From an uncultured Gemmatimonadaceae bacterium (lineage in GTDB: Bacteria > Gemmatimonadota > Gemmatimonadetes > Gemmatimonadales > Gemmatimonadaceae): a stretch of 64,000 bases of DNA. The first letter of the stretch is position 1. Each line of letters begins with the position of its first letter. Below the pieces are notes generated by a model, which ran no database searches, had not been told where the DNA came from, and was given only the letters and a program-made list of their open reading frames with translations. The position numbers and the translations under genes are program-made. Location: NCBI GenBank assembly GCA_963822945.1, contig CAWGJO010000035.1, positions 35,008-99,007 of the forward strand, written 5' to 3'. Below are positions 9,460-19,201 of this stretch, one piece after another.

Positions 9460-10439
9460 GCGTCCACCGCGGCGCGGAGTTCGTCCAGCCGCACGTGCTC
9501 GTCGTCGCGATGGGCCACGTGAATGGACCCCGGCCCGAACAGGTAGGGCGTGCCCCAGTTGCCCAGCACCGGGATGTCGGTGGCGAAGGCCACCACGGAG
9601 GTCTCGAACCCGGGCACCACACCCAACTTGACCGCCGGCACCATCGGCCCCTCCTCGAGTTCCGCACGGCCGGCGGCCCAGCGTTGGAACACGCTCAGCA
9701 CCTCTTCGGCGGGCGAGACGATGCGCGCCATGAGCCGCGCCTCGGCCCAGGGCGCCACGACGTTGTCGGCCACGCCGCCGCTGATCTGTCCGATGTTCAC
9801 CGTCGTCTCGCCGAACAGGTCGCTGTGCGGCAGATCGAGGTTGGGGAGCTGCGCAAGGAGCGCCACGAGATCGTCGATGGCGGAGTGTCCGAGTTGCGGA
9901 TAGGCGGAGTGCGCGGGCTGTCCCTTGGTGCGCACGGTGACGCGGACGGCGCCCTTGGTCCCGCTCCCGAGCTTGCTCTCGGTGGGTTCGCCGTCGATGA
10001 CGGCCCGGCTCACGAGACCGCTGCGGGCAATCCATTCGTTGGCCGCATGCGCGCCGTCGTGCGTGACCTCCTCGCCGACCACGAACAGCAGGGCCACGGG
10101 CGCGCCCTCGGCGCGCAGCACGTCGGCCGCGCAGATCATGGCGGCCGCGATTCCCTTGGCGTCGCACGCGCCGCGTCCCCAGAGCACGTCACGCTCCAAT
10201 CGCGGCGGGATGTACGGCGGCACGGTGTCGAGGTGCGTGGACAGCGTGATGAAGGGCTCGTCGCGCATGCGGGCGAACACCGCGAACCGCCCCTCGCTCA
10301 CCGGAATGCGCGTCACCTGCCATCCCCGCTGTTCGAGCAGCGCATGCACATGGGCCATCATCTCGCCCTCGCGCCCGCTGGTGGAATCGATGGCCATCAA
10401 CTGCTGGGCGAGCGCGACGACGTCCTGGGTGGGGGGCAT
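9429..10439 (-). CDS. M20 family peptidase / acetylornithine deacetylase-like
   Basis: STHLDTVP, GRGACDAKG, VGEE, GEPT, AHSA, GPGSIHVAH. Confidence 0.88.
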   Translation of the reverse strand: MPPTQDVVALAQQLMAIDSTSGREGEMMAHVHALLEQRGWQVTRIPVSEGRFAVFARMRDEPFITLSTHLDTVPPYIPPRLERDVLWGRGACDAKGIAAAMICAADVLRAEGAPVALLFVVGEEVTHDGAHAANEWIARSGLVSRAVIDGEPTESKLGSGTKGAVRVTVRTKGQPAHSAYPQLGHSAIDDLVALLAQLPNLDLPHSDLFGETTVNIGQISGGVADNVVAPWAEARLMARIVSPAEEVLSVFQRWAAGRAELEEGPMVPAVKLGVVPGFETSVVAFATDIPVLGNWGTPYLFGPGSIHVAHRDDEHVRLDELRAAVDAYARIARALA

Positions 10440-10447
10440 GACGGTTC

Positions 10448-11143
10448 CTATCGCCAGACGGCGATCTGTTCGAGTGGTTTTCGGGTGAGATCCGGCACGC
10501 GCGCGTCGGGCCCCGGATAGCCCACCGGCATCACGAGCATGGCTTTCTCGTTGGCCGGACGGCCGAGCAGTTCGCTCAGGAAGGCCATGGGATTGGGCGT
10601 GTGGGTGAGCGTGACGAGCCCCATGTGGTGGATGGCGGCGATGAACATTCCCGCCGCGATTCCACACGACTCCTGCGTGTAGTAGTGGGTTCGGCGGGTG
10701 CCGTCCGGATCGAGTCCGTACGACTGGCGGAACAGCACCACCACCCAGGGGGCGTCGGTCAGGTGCGGCTTGTGTTCGTCCGTCCCGAGGGGGGCGAGCG
10801 CCTGCAGCCAGTCGGGGGGCATGCGGCCGTGGTAGTTCTCGTACTCCTCGGCTTCGGCGGCCGCGCGCATCTGTTGCTTGAGCCCGGGATCGGAGACGGC
10901 GACGAAGGTCCACGGCTGCTGGTGTGCGCCGCTGGGCGCCGTCCCGGCCGTCCGGATGGCGTATTCGAGGAGGTCGCGCGGCACCGGCTCGGTGGAGAAC
11001 TGCCGGGTGGTGCGCCGGCGGTTCATCTCGTCGAAGAACCGGCGCGCGCGCTCGCGCGATTCGTCGATCGAGCGGCGCTGGAACTGGAGCGGGACGAAGG
11101 GATGTTCAGGCACCAGACTGGTGGGCGTTGGGTTGCCGTGCAT
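10448..11143 (-). CDS. Iodotyrosine deiodinase-like nitroreductase
   Basis: RRTTRQFS, APSGAHQQPW, EYENYHGRM, LAPLGTDEHKPHL, TLTHTPNPM. Confidence 0.85.
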   Translation of the reverse strand: MHGNPTPTSLVPEHPFVPLQFQRRSIDESRERARRFFDEMNRRRTTRQFSTEPVPRDLLEYAIRTAGTAPSGAHQQPWTFVAVSDPGLKQQMRAAAEAEEYENYHGRMPPDWLQALAPLGTDEHKPHLTDAPWVVVLFRQSYGLDPDGTRRTHYYTQESCGIAAGMFIAAIHHMGLVTLTHTPNPMAFLSELLGRPANEKAMLVMPVGYPGPDARVPDLTRKPLEQIAVWR

Positions 11144-11222
11144 CTACGCGGGTGGGCCGGGATTCGTCAATGGGGCAGCGGGCTGGCGCCGCCGGACGCG
11201 GACACTCCGCACCCCCGCGGAC

Positions 11223-12140
11223 TCAGTGCTCCGTTCCCGGTTCGCGGTTCATTTCCACGCGCAGCGTCGGCACGCCGACCAGATCGTACGTGCCCGACGC
11301 GATGGCGACGCGGCCGTTCGTGGCGTCGATCGCGTCGAGCATCTGGCGGAAGAGTTCGTCCTTCGTGATGCGCCGGCGGCGGTAGTCCACGACGTAGCGC
11401 ACCGTGAATTCGAGCCAGTTGTCGGTGCCGACGAAGGTCACCATCGGGTCCACGCGGGCTTCCTCGAGGCGGTAGGTCCGGAGCATCGTCTCCCAGGCCT
11501 CGCGCGCGTGGACGACGTAATCGCCCACCACCGCCTGCACCGTGTCTTCGAGGATCTTGCGGGCCAGGGCGCGGTCGCCGCCGTACTTGATGGGCACGCG
11601 AATCTCGTCCCACAGAAACGGGAAGTCGCCCGAGTAGTTGACCACGGGATCGGTGAACACGAAGCTGTTGGCCACGCGCACGACGCGCCCGTTGTACAGG
11701 TCGCCGTTCACCCAGTCGCCGATCTCCATCAGCGTCGTGCGCAGCACGCCGATGTCGATCACATCGCCCTTGATTCCGCCCAACTGAACCCGGTCGCCGG
11801 GTGAATAGAACCGGCTGAAGGTGAGCGCCATCCACCCCGCCACGCTGACGATCACCTCCTGGAGCGCGAACGCGATACCGGCACCGGTGACACCGAAGGC
11901 CACGGTGAGCCCGCTCAGCCGGCTGCTGTAGACGCTGGCCACCACGAGCACGGCCGCCACGTACCCGCCGAACGCGATGAACTTCCGCACCCGGTAGCGG
12001 GTGTCGGTGTCCTTGATGCGGCGACCCGCGGATCGCGACAGGACGCGGACCACGGCCATGATGATCGCCACGCCGACGATGACGGCCACGAGGCGGCCGA
12101 CCGTCGGGTCGAACAGCCACCGCTTGAGCGTGTCGTTCAT
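11223..12140 (-). CDS. MscS mechanosensitive channel
   Basis: GAGIAFALQEVI, GDRVQLGGIKGDVIDIGVLRTT. Confidence 0.92.
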   Translation of the reverse strand: MNDTLKRWLFDPTVGRLVAVIVGVAIIMAVVRVLSRSAGRRIKDTDTRYRVRKFIAFGGYVAAVLVVASVYSSRLSGLTVAFGVTGAGIAFALQEVIVSVAGWMALTFSRFYSPGDRVQLGGIKGDVIDIGVLRTTLMEIGDWVNGDLYNGRVVRVANSFVFTDPVVNYSGDFPFLWDEIRVPIKYGGDRALARKILEDTVQAVVGDYVVHAREAWETMLRTYRLEEARVDPMVTFVGTDNWLEFTVRYVVDYRRRRITKDELFRQMLDAIDATNGRVAIASGTYDLVGVPTLRVEMNREPGTEH

Positions 12141-13852
12141 GGGCGCGGCGCAGGCATCGGGGCCGCGGCCGTGCCGCCGTCACCGCGGGACGTGGTTTCC
12201 ACCTGGAACGCCGGCGGCCGGTAGTTCTTGGGCAGATAGTTGGCCGGCACGGCCATGCCGTTGCCGTCACGCAACTGCGCATAGTGCGGCGACAGGATCT
12301 CGACGCCTCCCTCGTTGAATGCGTTCTGGATGTTCTGGTGCAATTCCGAATACGTGGCCGCCATGAGGTCCGCGCGGTCGGTCGTCGCATTGATCTCGTA
12401 CGCGACGTAGAAGTCGTCGAGGCTCGTCTGGAAGACGAACGGCGCCGGTTCCGGCAGAATGTGCTCGGTGCGACGCGCGGCCTCGATCAGCAGCGCGTGG
12501 ACCTTCTCCCACGGCGCGTCGTAGCCGATGGTGACCGCCGTATGCAGGATCAGCCCGCGGCTCGCGGCCAGCGTCGTGTAGTTCACGACCTGGCTGCTCA
12601 ACACCGTGCCGTTGGGAATCGTCACCGCCACGTTCTTGATCGTGCGCACACGCGTGACGAGCAGCGTCTTCTCGGTGACGTCGCCGACCGTTTCACCGAT
12701 CTTCACGCGGTCGCCGATCTGAAAGGCGCGCGTGTACGTGAGCACGACGCCGGCCACCATGTTGCCGATCGCCGCCGACGAGCCGAGCGAGAAGAGCACG
12801 CCGACGAAGATCGAGACCCCCTTGAACGCGTCGGAACTGGCGCCGGGGAGGTACGGGTAGAGGACGACGGCCGCAAACGCGAAGACCATCACGCGCGCGA
12901 TCTTGTACGTCGGATCGGCCCACTCGGGATAGAAATTGGAGAACGCAATCGCGCCCGTCTCGACCGCGCCGGCCAACGCTCTGAGCAGCTTCAGGACGTA
13001 GCGGACGATGACGACGCCCGCGGCGAGATAGAACAGGTTGGGCACATAGGCCACGAACGCCATCCCGGCCACACCGAACGGGTGAAGCGCGTAGCCCACG
13101 ATGCGCTGCGAGAGCGGCGCCGTCCACGGAAAGAAACTCAGGACCAGCGGGATGTAGATGTAGAACAGCACCAGCGTCAGGATCACGCGCAGGACGCGCG
13201 CGGCCCCGACCAGCAGCGCCGAGAGCCGCCCGGCGGAGAGCAGTTCGTAACTCTGGATGCGGATGGCCGGCAGTCGCACCCGGCGCAGGGTGTCGATCTT
13301 GACGTAGAGCTTCGGAAATCCGACCGACAGCAGCCACAGCAGCAGCACCAGAAGCGCGGTCGCGAGCACGGCGTACGCGGCATCCATGACGATCGCGCGA
13401 GCCGTCACGCGCGCCTGGGCCGCCATCACCGCCGTCCGGAGTTGTCGGGCATACCGGTCGGCGACCGCGGGGCGTGTGGCTCCCAACGGCTGCGCATCCG
13501 CGTCCACGACCGTCATCACCACCACGTCCCCGACGGCCAATTCGCTGTACGAATCGCCGTTGGTGACGACCACCGAGTCGCCGCCCTCGAGCGCCGGGGC
13601 CACCCGCCCCAATTGGCCGGGAATGGCGGCCGCGCGCGCCGCGGCGGAAAACGGGCCGAGGTTTCCGTACAGCCGGAACAGCGTGTCGGTCCCGAACACC
13701 ACGGGGGCGCCGGCCACGGTGTCGCTCGGCACCGCCGCCGCCGTCGTCCCGCGCTGCGCCGGCGCGGATCCGGCCGAGACCGCCAGGGCAAGCGCCAGCA
13801 CGACGGCGCGCGAAACCGGCGGCGGCATGAGGCGCGTGAGGCACTCTGTCAT
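12137..13852 (-). CDS. MscS channel with N-terminal periplasmic domain
   Basis: Signal-like N-terminus, TM helices, GDRVKIGETVGDV, IPNG, FNEGGVEILSPHY; ATGA-coupled to the next mscS. Confidence 0.88.
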   Translation of the reverse strand: MTECLTRLMPPPVSRAVVLALALAVSAGSAPAQRGTTAAAVPSDTVAGAPVVFGTDTLFRLYGNLGPFSAAARAAAIPGQLGRVAPALEGGDSVVVTNGDSYSELAVGDVVVMTVVDADAQPLGATRPAVADRYARQLRTAVMAAQARVTARAIVMDAAYAVLATALLVLLLWLLSVGFPKLYVKIDTLRRVRLPAIRIQSYELLSAGRLSALLVGAARVLRVILTLVLFYIYIPLVLSFFPWTAPLSQRIVGYALHPFGVAGMAFVAYVPNLFYLAAGVVIVRYVLKLLRALAGAVETGAIAFSNFYPEWADPTYKIARVMVFAFAAVVLYPYLPGASSDAFKGVSIFVGVLFSLGSSAAIGNMVAGVVLTYTRAFQIGDRVKIGETVGDVTEKTLLVTRVRTIKNVAVTIPNGTVLSSQVVNYTTLAASRGLILHTAVTIGYDAPWEKVHALLIEAARRTEHILPEPAPFVFQTSLDDFYVAYEINATTDRADLMAATYSELHQNIQNAFNEGGVEILSPHYAQLRDGNGMAVPANYLPKNYRPPAFQVETTSRGDGGTAAAPMPAPRP

Positions 13853-14045
13853 CGGAACTCCGGGATCGAAACCCTGCACCCGCGTGCCGGGGGGGCCGGA
13901 ACGACGGTGGGTCGGCAGTCTAGGCCTATGCCGAGGCGAGGGCAAGCGGGACGCGCCGGACATCCTGATCGGTTGGCGCTGCTCCGTGACCGCCGAGTAT
14001 TCTATGGGGCCGCTGCTCCGGCGCCCCTCCATCTCACCCGTCCGC

Positions 14046-15017
14046 ATGCCATCCACCTGCCGTGCCGCCATCGTCCAGCACCCCCCGGTGTTCCTCAATC
14101 TCGACGCGAGTCTCGAGCGCGCCGAGGCGCTGATTGCCGAGGCGGCCGGAGGCGGAGCGGAGTTGATCGTGTTCCCCGAGACCTGGCTGCCCGGATATCC
14201 GGTCTGGCTGGACGAAGCGCCCGGGGCGGGGCTCTGGGGGGAGCCCGGCGCGCAGCGGATGTACCAGGCGCTGGCCGACAACTCCATCGAGCTGCCGGGA
14301 CCCCACCTGGACCGGCTGCTGGCCGCCGCCGCCAAGGCCGGCGCCCACCTGGTGATGGGCGCGCACGAACGGCTCGGGGGCACGCTGTACAATGCCATGG
14401 TCTTCATTGCGCCGGACGGCGAGACCTGGCGCGTGCACCGCAAGCTGATGCCGACCTACACCGAGCGTCTGCTCTGGGGCCAGGGCGACGGGAGCACGCT
14501 CGTCACCATGGACACGCCGTACGGCGCGCTCGGCGGGCTCGTCTGCTGGGAGCACTGGATGCCTTTGGCGCGCGCCGCGATGCACGCCATGCACGAGTCC
14601 ATTCACGTGGCGCAGTGGCCCACGGCCCGCGACCTGCACCAGATCGCCAGCCGGCACTACGCCTTCGAGGGGCAGTGCTTCGTCCTCGCCGCGGGCACCG
14701 TGCTCACCCGCAGGGACGTGTTCGACGGACTCGCCTCCATCGGCCTCGAGGCGCCCGAGGCCACGCGTCTCATGAATGCGGTGCGGGGCGACGACGCGAC
14801 GCTGATGCTCCGCGGCGGCAGCGCCATCATCGCGCCAGACACCAGCTACCTGGCCGGTCCGGTATTCGGGGAGCCATGCATCCTGCACGCCGATCTGGAC
14901 CCGGCGCTGGTGACGCGCGGCCACCTCGTGATGGACTCGGCGGGCCACTATGCGCGCCCCGACGTGTTTCAGCTGCGGGTGGATACCCGGGTTCGCCGCG
15001 ACGTGACGTTCGGCTAG
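14046..15017 (+). CDS. Nitrilase (carbon-nitrogen hydrolase)
   Basis: FPETWLPGYP, HRKLMPTYTER, VCWEHWMP (E-K-C triad), DSAGHYARPD. Confidence 0.92.
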   Translation: MPSTCRAAIVQHPPVFLNLDASLERAEALIAEAAGGGAELIVFPETWLPGYPVWLDEAPGAGLWGEPGAQRMYQALADNSIELPGPHLDRLLAAAAKAGAHLVMGAHERLGGTLYNAMVFIAPDGETWRVHRKLMPTYTERLLWGQGDGSTLVTMDTPYGALGGLVCWEHWMPLARAAMHAMHESIHVAQWPTARDLHQIASRHYAFEGQCFVLAAGTVLTRRDVFDGLASIGLEAPEATRLMNAVRGDDATLMLRGGSAIIAPDTSYLAGPVFGEPCILHADLDPALVTRGHLVMDSAGHYARPDVFQLRVDTRVRRDVTFG

Positions 15018-15109
15018 ATTCCGTGTCAGCCTGCCGGTTACCCGGCAGTGGCTCCACTGAGAACCCTCGCCTCGGCCCCACTGAGCGGCCGTGATCGAGA
15101 GGCAAGCCC

Positions 15110-17855
15110 ATGACAAGCACGAATTCTTTTGGCAGCCGCGCGGCGCTCGCCGTCGACGGCAAGTCGTACACCGTCTATCGCCTGGGAGATCTCGGCGGCA
15201 ACACCGCCCGGCTCCCCTTCAGTCTCAAGATCCTGCTCGAGAACCTGCTGCGGAACGAGGACGACGCCTTCGTGAAGCGCAGCGACATCGAGGCGATGAT
15301 CCACTGGGACGTGAAGGCGAAGATCGAGAAGGAGATCGCCTTCCGCACCTCGCGCGTGCTCCTGCAGGACTTCACCGGCGTACCCGCCGTGGTCGACCTG
15401 GCGGCGATGCGCGACGCGATCACCAAGCTCGGCGGCGACCCGCAGAAGATCAATCCGCTGCAGCCCGTGGATCTGGTGATCGACCACTCGGTGCAGGTGG
15501 ACGAATACGGCAGCGCCGCGGCGTTCCTGCTCAACACCGAGAAGGAGTTCGAGCGCAACAAGGAACGCTACGTCGTTCCTGCGGTGGGGCCAGGACGCGT
15601 TCAAGAACTTCCGCGTCGTGCCGCCGGGCACGGGCATCTGCCACCAGGTGAACCTCGAGTACCTGGGCAAGACGGTGTTCGTGAACGACGAGACGGGCGA
15701 GGCGTACCCCGATTCGCTGGTCGGCACCGACTCGCACACCACGATGATCAACGGCCTCGGCGTGCTCGGCTGGGGCGTGGGCGGCATCGAAGCGGAGGCG
15801 GCCATGCTCGGCCAGCCGGTGACGATGCTGATTCCCGAAGTCATCGGGTTCAAGCTGCACGGCAAGCTGCCGCCGGGCGCCACGGCCACCGATCTGGTGC
15901 TCACCTGCACCGAGATGCTCCGCAAGAAGAAGGTGGTGGGCAAGTTCGTCGAGTTCTACGGCGCCGGGCTCTCGTCGCTGTCGCTCGCCGACCGGGCGAC
16001 GATCGCCAACATGTCGCCCGAATACGGCGCGACCATGGGCTTCTTCCCCTGCGACGCCGAGACGCTCAAGTATCTGCGCCTCACGGGACGCCCGGAACAC
16101 CACGTGAAGCTGGTGGAGGCCTACACCAAGCAGCAGGGCCTCTTCCGCACCGACGACATGCCGGACCCGGTGTTCACCGACACGCTGGAGTTGGATCTGG
16201 CCACGGTGGAACCGAGCCTGGCCGGCCCCAAGCGCCCGCAGGACCGGGTGCCGTTGGCGAAGGCCAAGACGATGTACGCCGAGGTGTACCGGGCCGAGGC
16301 GGCGCGCCTCGCGTCCTCGACGCAGGCCACCGGCAACGGCGACACCGCGGCGGCCAAGGCGCGCATGGACGCCGAGGGCGCGGCGCAGGAACACAACGAG
16401 GTGGACTGCACGCACAACGGGGCGAGCTTCAAGCTGCGCGACGGCGCGGTGGTGATCGCCGCGATCACGAGCTGCACGAACACCTCGAATCCGAGCGTGA
16501 TGATGGCCGCCGGCATGCTGGCGCGGAACGCGGTGAAGAAGGGGCTCAAGACGAAGCCGTGGGTGAAGACCTCGCTGGCGCCGGGCTCCAAGGTGGTCAC
16601 CGACTATTACGACCAGGCCGGGCTCACCGAGTATCTCGACGCGCTGGGCTTCAACCTGGTGGGCTACGGCTGCACCACCTGTATCGGCAATTCCGGCCCC
16701 CTGGCGGAGTCGATCGCCGCCGCCATCGAGCAGAAGAAGCTGCTCGTGGCGTCGGTGCTGAGCGGCAACCGGAACTTCGAAGGCCGGGTGAACCCGCTCA
16801 CGCGGTTCAACTATCTCGCGTCGCCGCCGCTGGTGGTGGCGTACGCGCTGGCCGGCCGCATGGACATCGACCTGAACACCGAGCCGCTGGGCGAGGGCAA
16901 GGATGGGCCGGTGTACCTCAAGGACATCTGGCCCAACCCGAAGGACGTCCAGGACGAGATCCTGCGCAGCGTGAAGCAGGAATTCTTCAACCGTGAGTAC
17001 GCCGACGTATTTAAGGGCGACGACGAGTGGCGCGGGCTCGACGTGCCGCACGGCGAGACCTATGCGTGGCAGGACGATTCGACGTACGTGAAGAATCCGC
17101 CGTACTTCGACGGGATGACCATGACGCCGCCGGGTGTGCAGCCGATTGCCGGCGCGCGCGCCCTGGCCATGCTCGGCGACTCCATCACCACCGACCACAT
17201 CTCCCCGGCGGGCGCGATTCCGCTCAAGAGCCCGGCGGGCGAGTGGCTCATCGCCCAGGGCGTGGAACGGAAGGACTTCAACTCGTTCGGCTCCCGGCGC
17301 GGCAACCACGAAGTGATGATGCGCGGCACCTTCGGCAACATCCGGCTGCGCAACGAGCTGGCGCCGGGCACCGAGGGCGGCTGGACCGCCACCGAGCCCG
17401 GTGGCAAGCCACAGTTCATCTATGACGCGGCGATGGCGTACCAGAAGCAGGGGACGCCGCTGGTCGTGATCGCCGGCAAGGAATACGGCACCGGGTCGTC
17501 GCGCGACTGGGCGGCCAAGGGCACCATCCTCCTCGGCGTGAAGGCAGTGATCGCCGAGTCGTTCGAGCGGATCCACCGGTCGAACCTCGTGGGGATGGGC
17601 GTGTTGCCGCTCGAGATGACCGGCGGCCAGACGCGCCAGTCGCTGGGGCTCACCGGGTTCGAGAGCTACGAGGTACTCGGGCTCGACGACTCGCTCAAGC
17701 CCAAGGCGTCACTCACCGTGCGCGCCACGGCGCCCGACGGGTCGAAGAAGGAGTTCGCCGTCGTGGCCCGCATCGATACGCCGGAGGAGATGCGCTACTA
17801 CCGGCACGGCGGCATCCTGTCGTACGTGCTGCGCTCGCTGGTGAGCGCCCGGTAG
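15110..17855 (+). CDS. acnA: Aconitate hydratase A (one +1 frameshift near 15572)
   Basis: [11 protein letters not shown] and DHSVQVD in the first frame; [50 protein letters not shown] in the second. Confidence 0.93.
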
Positions 17856-17878
17856 CGGCCGGCGGGGCCGGAACGGTT

Positions 17879-17916
17879 CGTGGGGCGCGGCGCCGTTGGT
17901 GGCGCCGCGCCCCACG
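17879..17916. terminator. Hairpin between convergent genes
   Basis: Perfect 16-bp inverted repeat CGTGGGGCGCGGCGCC-N6-GGCGCCGCGCCCCACG. Confidence 0.65.
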
Positions 17917-17933
17917 TCCGCTTTGGGGGGGCC

Positions 17934-18329
17934 TCAGTCTTCGGCGGCGCGGCGGATGGCCAGCCGCGCCTTTTCCCGCTCGCCCCACGTGGGCGCGATC
18001 TCGCGCGCCGCGGGAATGCACCGCGACTCGGGTACCGCCTGGTTCGGGACCATGGGCAGCCACCCCATGATGCAGCGTGTGATCGCGGCCACCTCGTCGG
18101 GGCTGAGCGCCGACGCGGCCACCGACGGGGGCTCCGTTCCGGCGGGCGGAGGCGGCTGCACCCCCACCAATTGCAGCAGGGCGGATCTGGCCGCCGAGCG
18201 CTGCTCCGCGGTCTTCAGCTTGGCCGTCTGCTGGCGCACCTCTCCGCGGTACATGGCGTGAACCGCCGCGACCACGTCGCGCACCAGCGTCTCCAGGATC
18301 TGATCGAGCTCCGTTTCTATCTGGCTCAT
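17934..18329 (-). CDS. Hypothetical protein
   Basis: MSQIETELDQILETL..., helical, fills the gap between acnA and the peroxiredoxin. Confidence 0.55.
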   Translation of the reverse strand: MSQIETELDQILETLVRDVVAAVHAMYRGEVRQQTAKLKTAEQRSAARSALLQLVGVQPPPPAGTEPPSVAASALSPDEVAAITRCIMGWLPMVPNQAVPESRCIPAAREIAPTWGEREKARLAIRRAAED

Positions 18330-18532
18330 GCCTGAGGTCCTCTGGGTCGTCGTCGACCATCGTACTTCCTGAAGACCGCGCCACCCCGGCAAAGGTTTCG
18401 TACCGCCCATTCGGGCCCGGGACGGCCGGTGGCGGCACCGGAGGGCGCCGACACGCCAAACTTGCTGGCCCGCATTGCGTTATCCACCACCGATCCCCAA
18501 TTTCCCGCGGTGCTTATCCCGTTGAGGGTTCC

Positions 18533-19129
18533 ATGAACGGTGCAAAGGTCAGGACCGTGGGCCTCGCGTTGGGGCTCCTGTTCGCGGCTGCGACGGTGCG
18601 GGCCCAGCAGGCCGCGGCCGTCCCCGCGGGTGTTCCGGCGGTCGGACAGATGGCGCCCGACTTCACGGTGCCGGGCGCCACCCGGTACGGGCTGCTGCGC
18701 GACCCGATCCGGCTCTCGGATTTCCGGGGGCAGACGGTGGTGATCGCCTTCTTCATCAGGGCGCGAACCAAGGGTTGAACGGTGCAAATGGAGGCGTACC
18801 GTGATCAGTACGCCAAGCTCTTCAACAACGGGAAGAAAGTGGTGGTGCTGGCAATCAGCACCGACCCCGACACGGCTCAGTATTCCTGGGCCCGGGATGC
18901 GTCGTTCCCCATGCTGTTCGGTAGCGACACCGACATGGCGGTGGGCAAGCTGTACGGAGCCGCCAATGCCAAGTACAAGATCGATCTCCGCTATCTGTTC
19001 GTGGTCGGCCCCGACGGCCGGATCACGCACCGCATGGTGCCATTCAACGTCCTCTCGGCGGGCGACTACAAGGAGCTGCAGGCCGCGGTGGACAGCGCCG
19101 CGGGAGTGGGAGGCGCCGGCGCACCGTGA
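18533..19129 (+). CDS. Exported BCP/PrxQ-type peroxiredoxin with selenocysteine (TGA 18776-18778)
   Basis: Two in-frame ORFs joined by TGA: VGQMAPDF...LSDFRGQTVVIAFFIRARTKG-U-TVQM...AISTD...RYLFVVGPDGRI. TGA sits at the peroxidatic Cys position. Confidence 0.85.
18791..18820 (+). promoter_or_regulatory. Putative bacterial SECIS element
   Basis: GGCGTAC-cgtgatca-GTACGCC stem (18793-18814), extendable by GAG/CTC; loop starts 21 nt after the UGA. Confidence 0.7.
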
Positions 19130-19201
19130 TCGGTGTGCCGGACGGGCGCCGGGAACGACGCAGGCGCCGCGGGCCATCGGCGGGCTGATGCCGGTGGCCC
19201 G

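Noticed and set aside
15560..15600. acnA split as programmed frameshift or pseudogene
   Set aside because: A single extra base in a conserved housekeeping gene with no slippery site; most likely a sequencing error.
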